IMG/VR virus record: IMGVR_UViG_3300030099_001770
Coordinates: 1 to 62,459 of that record
From: a virus
Taxonomy: Duplodnaviria > Caudoviricetes
Length of the DNA stretch: 62,459 nt
Reading direction: 5' to 3' (one strand)
The notes under the pieces were generated by a model, which was given only the letters and a program-made list of their open reading frames with translations, was not told where the DNA came from and did not search any database. Every line of letters starts with the position of its first letter. Position 1 is the first letter of the stretch. Shown here one piece after another: positions 1 through 7,793 of this stretch. The translations under genes and the position numbers were made by a program.

Positions 1-521
1 ACAAACAGAACACCAACTCCACCAGCACCTCTAAGTGTTTTAAGAATAATTGGAAACTTACTATCAAGTTCCTCTAATGCAGAATCTATATCATCTACTG
101 TAGGAACAAGAACACTTTTTGGTTGGTCTAATCTGAAATCTTTTAGTCTAACATAACTACGATACTTATCAGCACAAATTTGAATAGTAGTTCTACTATT
201 AACACAAGTTATACCAATTCTTTCTAATTCAGAAATCAAGTCTAGGTGACTATCTCTAGTCGGTGTTCCTCTTATAAAAACAACAGTATCTTTAGAATTA
301 ATTTCCATATTATCTTCTTTATTAGAGATAATGTATTTACCATCATCAAAGGTTAAGGATGTTTTCTTAAATTCACATAGAATAACTTCCATACCCATTT
401 TCTTGGCTTGTTCTTCAAACTTGGTTGCAGTCTTAGACTTGTCGCCTACTTCAACTGTAAGAATAACTACTTTGTAGTCTTCAGTTGTTTCCTCTGACAA
501 GAATTGACTAAAAGTTTCCAT
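1..521 (-). CDS. rimK: RimK-family ATP-grasp ligase (3' end outside window; not in ORF track)
   Basis: Manual translation from ATG at 521: METFSQFLSEETTEDYKVVILT...CVNSRTTIQICADKYRSYVRL...FPIILKTLRGAGGVGVLF. The N...DK and P.I.K...G..G.GV motifs are typical of RimK/LysX. Open to the window edge. Confidence 0.8.
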   Translation of the reverse strand, partial: METFSQFLSEETTEDYKVVILTVEVGDKSKTATKFEEQAKKMGMEVILCEFKKTSLTFDDGKYIISNKEDNMEINSKDTVVFIRGTPTRDSHLDLISELERIGITCVNSRTTIQICADKYRSYVRLKDFRLDQPKSVLVPTVDDIDSALEELDSKFPIILKTLRGAGGVGVLF

Positions 522-523
522 CT

Positions 524-937
524 TTATTCTTTCTTTTTACCAATATTATATTTGGTTTCAAGTAACCATTCATTTTTTTCTTTAAAACTAATTACTTTTA
601 TTTGTGATAATGGTGCAGCCTCAACTACACTTTTACCTACAACATTTATTAATCCCCAATCTGATAAAAGATTAGCGATTGTATTTCTTCTTGCAATATC
701 GTTTTCTGAAATGTTTGTGTCCTTACCATCTAGAGCAAATAACTCTTTGAAATGAACAATGTAATATTTACCTTGTTTATGTAAAATATGGCAGGACTGA
801 AATAGAGTTTTGTTTTTTCTTGACGCAACACCAATACGAGAAAGTGTCTCACGAACTTTTAGAAAGTCATCTGGTTCTTTCAAACCCACCTCAAGCATTT
901 GGTCTGGTTTCCATAAACTATCATTCATTTTTTCCAC
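524..937 (-). CDS. regA: translational repressor RegA
   Basis: DDFLKVRETLSRIGVASRK..LFQSCHILHKQGKYYIVHFKELFALDG signature; T4 order 45-44-62-regA. Confidence 0.97.
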   Translation of the reverse strand: MEKMNDSLWKPDQMLEVGLKEPDDFLKVRETLSRIGVASRKNKTLFQSCHILHKQGKYYIVHFKELFALDGKDTNISENDIARRNTIANLLSDWGLINVVGKSVVEAAPLSQIKVISFKEKNEWLLETKYNIGKKKE

Positions 938-1313
938 CTTTTTTCAATTTTGTTTTTATATAGGCGATTTGTTCATCATTTAGTATGTTCAATACAGACC
1001 TTGCTTTTTCATTATTATAACCAAAGTATTCTTTGACATACTCTAAGTTTTTAGTTTTACTCGCCTTCATCCAAGGAGCATATCTATTCTGCTTCCTTAG
1101 ACTATTTAGTAAAAAATCATACTGTAGTTTGTTATCAAGATGATGGTGGAAGTTCATCTCATTTACCAACATGATTGTATCATTGAATGGTGCTAGACAC
1201 TTGTTCATGATAAATGGTGAATACTTCTTTTCATAAAGAGGGTCATCACCATCCATCAAGTTTTCCTTAGATGTATTGATTGATTTTAAGTATTCCTTGA
1301 GTTCGTAAGCCAT
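921..1313 (-). CDS. gp62: clamp loader small subunit
   Basis: YSPFIMNKCL...NEMN...QYDFLLNSLRK..R...W; synteny. Confidence 0.93.
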   Translation of the reverse strand: MAYELKEYLKSINTSKENLMDGDDPLYEKKYSPFIMNKCLAPFNDTIMLVNEMNFHHHLDNKLQYDFLLNSLRKQNRYAPWMKASKTKNLEYVKEYFGYNNEKARSVLNILNDEQIAYIKTKLKKGGKNE

Positions 1314-2249
1314 CTACTTAAACTTTACTTGAGACATCAACTCTGTCATACACGCAAGAAGATTTATTTCTTGGTCTGCAACAAAGGCGGACTTGTAAGA
1401 ATAGTCAGCAAGTATAACAACAGCATGGGGGATAGTAGAAGGCACCAAACTATCATAAAGGGAATCGTAAATCCTACGATAAATACGGCTTGGGTCATTA
1501 TCAAGATTGTTGACAATCCATCTACGAACATTGGTAAACTCTTTACCTTTAAGAAAGACCAAAAGTTCTTTGATTGAGTCTTCAGATAAGTTAACCAGTA
1601 TACCAGCATCAATTACTCCACTTGCACTATATCGTTGCAGTTCATTTAGTACTCTTCTCCAATCTGGGAAGAACTTCTGAATGAGTGATGCAACTACTTT
1701 TTTGTCGTATTGTATATTCTCTATATTTAGAATGTTCTGACAACTTTCCATAAAATCCATTGCAAGTTGTGGTTTCTCTTCATTAGGAATACGAAACTCA
1801 ATACTTGAACAACGACTATGAAGTGGTTCAATGATACGATTCTTGAAGTTACAAGTCAGAATAAATCCACAGTTTTTACTAAACTCTTCAATAAATCCAC
1901 GCAACGCAGGCTGTGTAGATTGTGGATTAAGATAATCTGCTTCATCTAGAATAACGTATTTACGTTTACCATCCATAGAGACAGTACTCGCAAAGTTCTT
2001 GATTTTGTTTCTAAGAACATCAATACCAGATTCCTCAGAACCGTTAATCATCATGTAGGTACAACCAAGTTCCTCTAACATTGCCTTTGCAACAGTTGTT
2101 TTACCACAACCAGCTGAACCAGACAATAATAAATTAGGACAATTTTGATTATCTACAAATTGTTGAAATGTTTGTTTCAACTCAAATGGAAGTATCGCAT
2201 CTGATATGGTAGATGGACGATACTTCTCTACCCATAATATTTCATTCAT
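1314..2249 (-). CDS. gp44: clamp loader large subunit (RFC-like AAA+ ATPase)
   Basis: WVEKYRP, Walker A GSAGCGKTT, Walker B ILDEAD, SRC motif. Confidence 0.97.
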   Translation of the reverse strand: MNEILWVEKYRPSTISDAILPFELKQTFQQFVDNQNCPNLLLSGSAGCGKTTVAKAMLEELGCTYMMINGSEESGIDVLRNKIKNFASTVSMDGKRKYVILDEADYLNPQSTQPALRGFIEEFSKNCGFILTCNFKNRIIEPLHSRCSSIEFRIPNEEKPQLAMDFMESCQNILNIENIQYDKKVVASLIQKFFPDWRRVLNELQRYSASGVIDAGILVNLSEDSIKELLVFLKGKEFTNVRRWIVNNLDNDPSRIYRRIYDSLYDSLVPSTIPHAVVILADYSYKSAFVADQEINLLACMTELMSQVKFK

Positions 2250-2259
2250 AAACTAATCC

Positions 2260-2919
2260 TCAAGCAGTTTCTAGTGCAATAAAGTATTCAATATCTTTAT
2301 TAATATTCTTGAAATTAGAAATACCTTTTGATGATACCTTAACCTCATAGTCACCAGAAAGTAACTTTAGGTTTTCTACTTTAAAATAGAATTTTTGATT
2401 AGGTGTGCCAGGCAAATCATCTCCAACTTCAACACTAAAACTGTTTGATGTATCATTCTTTCTATCTGAAACTCTAAGATTCATCTTACCACCTTCATCT
2501 ACATCCAGAACCATATCTGGAACACCAAGAACAGATGAAGCCTTCAACACTTGATTAAATACACTTTGTTTAAGTGTAAATGTTGCATCTGGGTCAGGCA
2601 TTGTGATATCAGATTTTGGTGTAGTCACAACAGTTGGGTCACTATAAAAGTAATTTAGTGATTGACCACCTTGTGATATTTTTACACTACTATCACCAAA
2701 GTCTAACTCTGGGTCATCAAACAATGACATTGCAGATAGGAACTCGTTCAAATCATAGATTGCGAATTCACTTTCAAATGTATCTGGTAAAGATGCTTTT
2801 GATACAATGTTTTTCATTTGAGACATTGTTGCAATCTGATTACCAGAAGTCACCAATAGATTAGCGTTGATTGTAGAATAGTTCTTCAACACTTCTCTAG
2901 TATCATTACTAAGTTTCAT
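2260..2919 (-). CDS. gp45: sliding clamp (probable start MKLSNDT at 2919)
   Basis: MKLS..T..VLKNYSTIN, FAIYDLNEFL, ENLKLLSGDY; AGGAG lies upstream of 2919. Confidence 0.95.
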   Translation of the reverse strand: MKLSNDTREVLKNYSTINANLLVTSGNQIATMSQMKNIVSKASLPDTFESEFAIYDLNEFLSAMSLFDDPELDFGDSSVKISQGGQSLNYFYSDPTVVTTPKSDITMPDPDATFTLKQSVFNQVLKASSVLGVPDMVLDVDEGGKMNLRVSDRKNDTSNSFSVEVGDDLPGTPNQKFYFKVENLKLLSGDYEVKVSSKGISNFKNINKDIEYFIALETA

Positions 2920-2920
2920 A

Positions 2921-3238
2921 TCAATTTTTCTCCTTGTCATGATTATGTAATGCGATTATACCATAGTGGATTACTTTAAGCAAGTCTTTTCTTGCATCTT
3001 CTCTAGTACCTTTTTTCCCATAGCGTTGGGCGTACTTTAGAATATTACCAATACAGAATCCAGTACCATGTCCACTATCTAGAATGAACTCAGTTGCTTG
3101 AAATTTGTTTTGGGAATAATGTTGGTCGTAGGTATTATCTACATATTCTTTTAGTTCATGAAATATTCTATCTTCAGAATATTTGTAATGTATAGATTGT
3201 TCTACGACAGGCTCTTCTTTTTTACCAAAGATTTTCAA
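2921..3238 (-). CDS. DUF3310/SaV-like protein (T7 gp1.7-related nucleotide kinase family)
   Basis: HY...GFCIGNILKYAQRYGKKG...DLLKVIHY motif; TTG start. Confidence 0.7.
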   Translation of the reverse strand: MKIFGKKEEPVVEQSIHYKYSEDRIFHELKEYVDNTYDQHYSQNKFQATEFILDSGHGTGFCIGNILKYAQRYGKKGTREDARKDLLKVIHYGIIALHNHDKEKN

Positions 3239-3262
3239 ATATAAACTCCATAATATAATATT

Positions 3263-3288
3263 GGGAAGAGGGGGAAACCCCCCTCTCC
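3263..3288 (-). terminator. GC-rich hairpin downstream of the wHTH gene (terminator or processing site)
   Basis: Minus strand GGAGAGGGGG-TTT-CCCCCTCTTCC; no strong U tract. Confidence 0.45.
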
Positions 3289-3297
3289 GATTTCAGT

Positions 3298-3555
3298 TTA
3301 GTATGCGTACTTTGTACCAAGTACAGATGCAATACCAGCAGAGATGATTTCCCTAGAGGGAGCTCCTAATCTATATGCAACACCTTTTGCAGTGTCGTTT
3401 GTATAGATACAATGACCTTCACTTTTTAGAGTATCAATCATTTTAGTTGGTGATACAAGGTCAAATCTTTTTCTCAAAGTTTTCCATGTTACATTTTCAC
3501 CTTTAGACAGAAGGTTTAGTACCTTCTGTTTTTTAGACATTTTAGGTCTACTCAT
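3298..3555 (-). CDS. small basic winged-helix/HTH DNA-binding protein
   Basis: 85 aa, KKQKVLNLL..GENVTW..LR.RF.....IDTLKSEGH.IY; strong AAGGAG RBS and its own promoter. Confidence 0.6.
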   Translation of the reverse strand: MSRPKMSKKQKVLNLLSKGENVTWKTLRKRFDLVSPTKMIDTLKSEGHCIYTNDTAKGVAYRLGAPSREIISAGIASVLGTKYAY

Positions 3556-3588
3556 AATATATTCTCCTTATCATGATTTACTGTTCAG

Positions 3589-3617
3589 ACTATAACATAA
3601 AAAAGGGGTGATGTCAA
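3589..3617 (-). promoter_or_regulatory. sigma70-type early promoter for the wHTH gene
   Basis: TTGACA (3617-3612), 17 nt spacer, TG-n-TATAGT (3594-3589). Confidence 0.8.
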
Positions 3618-3626
3618 GTCACCCCT
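3599..3626 (-). terminator. Rho-independent terminator after hsp20
   Basis: AGGGGTGA-CTTGACA-TCACCCCT followed by a T run on the minus strand. Confidence 0.85.
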
Positions 3627-3641
3627 TAGTATTTCTATCAA

Positions 3642-4097
3642 TTACTTGATAGTAATTAGTTGAGGTTTTTTCGCCTCTGGTACAATTCTCTCCAATGAGA
3701 TTGTTAACATCCCATCTTTAAGTTCTGCACCGTTTACTACGATATCATCTGCGAGTGTAAACTTTCTTGTAAAGTTTCTTGCAGAAATACCTTTGTAAAG
3801 AGTATACTCATCAGTTGTATCAGTATCTTTATCTTTGATTGATTTAACTGTGAGAACACCTTCTGCAACTTCCACTTCAATATCTTTTTTACCGAAGCCT
3901 GCGACAGCCATTTCAATTACAAATTTGTAATCTTCTGTCTTTTGGATGTTGTAAGGTGGAAAACCAGTTGACTCTGCTTGATGAGTTACATAGTCGAACA
4001 ATCTATCGAATGTTCTATCAAACCCCACAGCATAGGGAGTCATATGGTTGTAATCAAACGCCTGAAGGGCGTTTCTAAGTGTGCTTAAATTTGTCAT
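3642..4097 (-). CDS. hsp20: small heat shock protein (Hsp20/IbpA-like)
   Basis: FPPYNI...IEMAVAGF...GIS.RNF.R.F.LA....V..A.LKDGML.I.L alpha-crystallin signature. Confidence 0.97.
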   Translation of the reverse strand: MTNLSTLRNALQAFDYNHMTPYAVGFDRTFDRLFDYVTHQAESTGFPPYNIQKTEDYKFVIEMAVAGFGKKDIEVEVAEGVLTVKSIKDKDTDTTDEYTLYKGISARNFTRKFTLADDIVVNGAELKDGMLTISLERIVPEAKKPQLITIK

Positions 4098-4102
4098 TTT
4101 AT

Positions 4103-4122
4103 ATCTCCTTATTAAGCAAGAT
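4103..4122 (-). promoter_or_regulatory. ROSE-like RNA thermometer hairpin occluding the hsp20 Shine-Dalgarno
   Basis: Minus strand AUCUUGCU-UAAUA-AGGAGAU: the U(U/C)GCU motif pairs with AGGAG, leaving a bulged G, just upstream of the AUG. Confidence 0.75.
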
Positions 4123-4156
4123 TAATATTTGCATACCCACAATGGCATATGCATAA

Positions 4157-4251
4157 TGATAATGTCGGTGGGCCGCACCGATAAATCCTAAGATGTCTTA
4201 CCATCTCTGTACCAATAAAGGTCTACGAAGGCCTTGTACTGGACATTATCA
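4157..4251 (-). ncRNA. multistem structured RNA in the hsp20 leader (unidentified)
   Basis: Closing stem UGAUAAUGUC/GACAUUAUCA, with internal stems GUAC..AGG..CCU..GUAC, AGAUG/CAUCU and UCGGUG/CACCGA. Confidence 0.55.
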
Positions 4252-4255
4252 CTAC

Positions 4256-4263
4256 TATTTATA
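4256..4263 (-). promoter_or_regulatory. T4-type late (gp55) promoter for the hsp20 leader
   Basis: Perfect TATAAATA directly upstream of the structured RNA. Confidence 0.75.
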
Positions 4264-4306
4264 TGGGGATTAATTTTCAAAAATCAACCCCCACACAAAA
4301 CTTTTT

Positions 4307-5248
4307 TTAGGCAGCCTCTGCATATTCTAGAGCCTTGTCAAGTGCAGTTAACTTGACCCTACGATTTCGTCCATACCATGACGATTCTATTCTACTTGAA
4401 GTTTCACGACCTTGAACATGGTCTGCCATGTAAGTAACAGTGTTAAATGCGTTCCAGAATGAACCTTGAGCAAAGTTTGCGCCAGGTTGAGTATCTAAGT
4501 TTTCCATAGCGATTTTCGCATTGTTGGAAGTAAATGGAAAAACACCGTCTACTTTTTCCTTTGCAGGCGAACCATAAACTTCATTGAAGTATTGAACAAT
4601 ATTTTCTGAAGTATATCGTTTTGAACCAAGGAACTCAGCCATTGACTTATATTGTTCCATTTTTTCTTTTGCAATACCCATTTGTTCTTTCACTTCAGAA
4701 GAATCAAACTCCTTACGGTGATTGACTTTTAACATTGCATTACTATCTTGTGATAGTGAAAGTGTCAATGTGTTATTGCAAACAACACGAATTGGTGTCA
4801 TACGAATATCAATCGCCTTACCAAACTCATGTGGATTAGAGAACAAGAAATAATTCTCTGTTACATCACCATTGAAAAGTTCAAATGATTCGTTGGTCTT
4901 TGCGAGAGCCCAAACCATCTTACCACCATTCAACGAACCAGCAGTATGCATCTGCATATCACCAGCACGAACATACTCTTCAAAGAAGTTAAACGCTTCT
5001 GCGTTCTGAACTGGATTCCAACCTTTACCTACAATGTCAAGAACTTCACCGTCAGATAAACGGACAAGTGCCTGTTTAGATTTAACAGTTGACCCACCAG
5101 CAGTTACCAAATCTTGTTTTTCAACAGACCAATCAACTCCTGCTTTTTGCATCATCTGTTCTGGTGTTAAATCATCAATGACCTTCACTCCAAGACCATG
5201 CCATGGCAACTCACCAGCGTAAGCCATTGTTTCTACCATATGTGCCAT
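4307..5248 (-). CDS. DUF932/DUF945 phage-plasmid family protein
   Basis: MAH.VETMAY....PWHGLG, PVQN..AF.FF, TAGSL.GG..VW.LA, TPIRVVCNNTL. Confidence 0.9.
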   Translation of the reverse strand: MAHMVETMAYAGELPWHGLGVKVIDDLTPEQMMQKAGVDWSVEKQDLVTAGGSTVKSKQALVRLSDGEVLDIVGKGWNPVQNAEAFNFFEEYVRAGDMQMHTAGSLNGGKMVWALAKTNESFELFNGDVTENYFLFSNPHEFGKAIDIRMTPIRVVCNNTLTLSLSQDSNAMLKVNHRKEFDSSEVKEQMGIAKEKMEQYKSMAEFLGSKRYTSENIVQYFNEVYGSPAKEKVDGVFPFTSNNAKIAMENLDTQPGANFAQGSFWNAFNTVTYMADHVQGRETSSRIESSWYGRNRRVKLTALDKALEYAEAA

Positions 5249-5286
5249 ATTTTCTCTCCTTTATGACTGATTCTTAATTCTCTTAT

Positions 5287-5315
5287 AATGTACCATGTTA
5301 TCATAACAAAGTCAA
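5287..5315 (-). promoter_or_regulatory. early sigma70 promoter for DUF932
   Basis: TTGACT-17-TACATT with extended TG; spacer contains the palindrome TGTTAT-N-ATAACA. Confidence 0.75.
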
Positions 5316-5324
5316 GTCTTTTTT

Positions 5325-5512
5325 AAAAAATGCCTGGCTTTTAGTCTGGTCGCATCAGTGACAGTCACACTAGTCAGGACTTTTAGCTAGTGTGCCCCCA
5401 TATCACCTTGTGTGGACATAGCTTTCAATTCATATGGGGAGAACCTACTCGCACTGTTTCCGTCCTTAGAATATCGTCACAACATTTCCGAATCACTTTC
5501 TCTCTTGATTAT
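5325..5512 (-). ncRNA. candidate early structured ncRNA (about 190 nt)
   Basis: GC-enriched segment with no credible ORF, between two promoter copies; stems CCCCAUAU/AUAUGGGG and CACACUAG/CUAGUGUG; ends in a U run. Confidence 0.5.
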
Positions 5513-5518
5513 GTATAT

Positions 5519-5547
5519 ACTATACCATGTTATGAGAACAAAGTCAA
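5519..5547 (-). promoter_or_regulatory. early sigma70 promoter (near-duplicate of 5287-5315)
   Basis: TTGACT-17-TATAGT; 5523-5556 is a near-identical direct repeat of 5291-5324. Confidence 0.8.
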
Positions 5548-5560
5548 GTCTTTTTTTGAA

Positions 5561-6088
5561 TTAATTTCTACCCCAAAATTCAATAGGTTTGACCATTTGG
5601 GTATTATGAAAGAGATACCAACAACAGTTGTCTTTACCAACACTCTTAGTTCCTTCAATCCATTTAACTCGTCCAATACTAACAACCTTTTTCAACATTG
5701 TCAAGTAGGGAATTGATTGTTTTGTGTGTATCCAATCTGCATCAAAAAGAAGCCATGTTGGTTTAAAATCTGCAAAGTGTTCTATCATGGGATGTAGAAT
5801 TTTACGATTCCAAGGTGGGTTTGTGATAATATATTCACACTGTGTGTAACCTTGAGTAAGTGCATCAGCCTCTTTGACCCATTCACTTTTAGGTTCTAAA
5901 TCATATGCATATCTAACATCACCACCATGTTTTGCAAGATGACTAATTAGTCTACCATCACCAGCACATGGTTCTGCATATGAGAACGGTTTCTGTGGTA
6001 AGTGTGGTATTAGTGGTAGAACTGCTTCATACGGTGTTGGATAATAGTCTCTGGGTATTCTTTCAAAGTCACTTCTCTTTCCCATCAT
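5561..6088 (-). CDS. small amino-type (m6A/m4C) DNA methyltransferase
   Basis: D.YPTP, motif I AEPCAGDG, motif IV ITNPPW; no cognate restriction enzyme nearby. Confidence 0.85.
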   Translation of the reverse strand: MMGKRSDFERIPRDYYPTPYEAVLPLIPHLPQKPFSYAEPCAGDGRLISHLAKHGGDVRYAYDLEPKSEWVKEADALTQGYTQCEYIITNPPWNRKILHPMIEHFADFKPTWLLFDADWIHTKQSIPYLTMLKKVVSIGRVKWIEGTKSVGKDNCCWYLFHNTQMVKPIEFWGRN

Positions 6089-7791
6089 GCAACCTTACTA
6101 AAGTTTCTAGTTTTCTCAAATTTAATTGTGTGTCTAAACTTATCAAATAACATATCTTGTTTATGTGAAATAACAAATACATTTTCTTTATCAAATGTAC
6201 CTAAAATTTTAAGAAATGCATCTGTACCATCTGTATCTAGTGAACTATCAAATATTTCATCTAATATTAACAGATTAGTATTCGTAGAGTTTTTCATCTT
6301 TGCGATAGCTCTCCAAGTAAAAAGAAGTGCAAGGTCAATACGCATCTTTTCACCCTCTGAAAAATTTGCATAGGTAAAATCATCACGAAATCTTGATTTA
6401 ATTGTTTCATTAAAGTTTTCATCAATATTAAAGTTAACAAAGAAATCCATAGATGATAGATAAGTGTTTATCAACTTATTCATAATAGGCAGATATTGTT
6501 TAACAATCTTTGTTTTGATACCAGTATCTTGCAATAGATTTCTTGCAACATCATAATAAAACAATTCTTCTTTCAACTTTTTTGAGGTTGATTCTAAACT
6601 ATACAACTTTTCTTGTAGTTTGTCAAGCTTTTTTAAATCTTCTTCAACAATATTTTGGTCTTTTATTTGTTTGACCTCAGCCTCTAGAGTTGAATTAAAC
6701 TTTTCAAGTTGAGTAATTGTACTACGATATTTACCAATTTCTATTTGATTTTTTTGGATTGCGATTGATAAATTTCTAAACTCTTTTACCTTTTTGTTTA
6801 CCTTATCCATTTCCTCTGATAATTTATTTAATCCAGTTTCAAGTTCTCTAACTTCTAGAAGTTTTTCATCTATAGTTTTACATTTGAATTCTTCATCAAT
6901 ATGTTGATAACAAGTTGGACAATCATCATTGTCTTCAAAAAATGATATAAGAGTGGAGTGTCTATTGTGTTTATCTTTCAAAGAAAACTGCACATCTTTC
7001 AATTTATCTCTTTTTGTAACAATAACATCTTCACCTTTCATCGCTTCCAAAAAGGTATTGGTGGATTGTTGTAACTCATCTTCTTTCTTTTGGTTTGTAT
7101 GGATTTCTTCTTCATTAGCTGATATAAGATTTGTCTTTTCAGTAAGAATAGTATCCCTATTGTTTTTAGAATCTTCAATATATTTCTCTTGTATTTCTAT
7201 CTTACTTTTTGTAAGGTCAGTAGCATAATTACTATCTGTAATATTTGTATTTACTTCTCTTACTTTTGTTTTAAGAACAAGGTTCATTAAAGAGAATATC
7301 TTTATATCTAGGATATCTTCTACAACCTCTCTACGATTCTTAGAGTTTAACTGCATAAATGGTACGAATGTAGAACTACCAAGAATAACAACTTGTGTAA
7401 ATGAACGATAGTTGAATTTAAGTATTTGTTGTTCTAGATGTTTCTGATAATCCTTTGCATTTGCGTTCTGGTTAATCATCACACCATCAACATAGATTTC
7501 AAACTTATTAGGTTTAATACCACGAACAATTTTGATATGTTTATTTTGTGTAGTAAATTCTACCTCAACAATAGCTTCTCTTTGATTAATAGAGTTGAGT
7601 AATTGAGATTTACTAATTTGTCTAAATGGTTTATTGAACAGAACAAAACATAGTGCATCTAGAATAGTTGATTTACCAGCACCATTTTCACCCACAACTA
7701 ATGTTGATGGATTCTGGTCAAGTTGAATTTCGGTGAAAGTATTTCCAGTTGATAGGAAGTTTTTCCACCTTACAGTATTAAATATAACCAA
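6085..7791 (-). CDS. gp46: recombination endonuclease subunit (Rad50/SbcC-like)
   Basis: GENGAGKST, CPTC zinc hook, FSEGEK signature, ILDEIFD. Confidence 0.97.
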   Translation of the reverse strand: MVIFNTVRWKNFLSTGNTFTEIQLDQNPSTLVVGENGAGKSTILDALCFVLFNKPFRQISKSQLLNSINQREAIVEVEFTTQNKHIKIVRGIKPNKFEIYVDGVMINQNANAKDYQKHLEQQILKFNYRSFTQVVILGSSTFVPFMQLNSKNRREVVEDILDIKIFSLMNLVLKTKVREVNTNITDSNYATDLTKSKIEIQEKYIEDSKNNRDTILTEKTNLISANEEEIHTNQKKEDELQQSTNTFLEAMKGEDVIVTKRDKLKDVQFSLKDKHNRHSTLISFFEDNDDCPTCYQHIDEEFKCKTIDEKLLEVRELETGLNKLSEEMDKVNKKVKEFRNLSIAIQKNQIEIGKYRSTITQLEKFNSTLEAEVKQIKDQNIVEEDLKKLDKLQEKLYSLESTSKKLKEELFYYDVARNLLQDTGIKTKIVKQYLPIMNKLINTYLSSMDFFVNFNIDENFNETIKSRFRDDFTYANFSEGEKMRIDLALLFTWRAIAKMKNSTNTNLLILDEIFDSSLDTDGTDAFLKILGTFDKENVFVISHKQDMLFDKFRHTIKFEKTRNFSKVA

Positions 7792-7793
7792 AA

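Noticed and set aside
4157-4251. tRNA or tmRNA gene
   Set aside because: No TTC T-loop, D-loop GG, 7-nt anticodon arm or CCA end; kept only as an unidentified structured RNA.
5340-5365. Hammerhead ribozyme (CUGAUG on the minus strand)
   Set aside because: The core reads CUGAUGC rather than CUGANGA, and there is no correctly placed GAAA.
5390-5716. 108-aa plus-strand ORF
   Set aside because: It overlaps the MTase antisense, a promoter and the RNA stems, with no RBS or recognisable motif.
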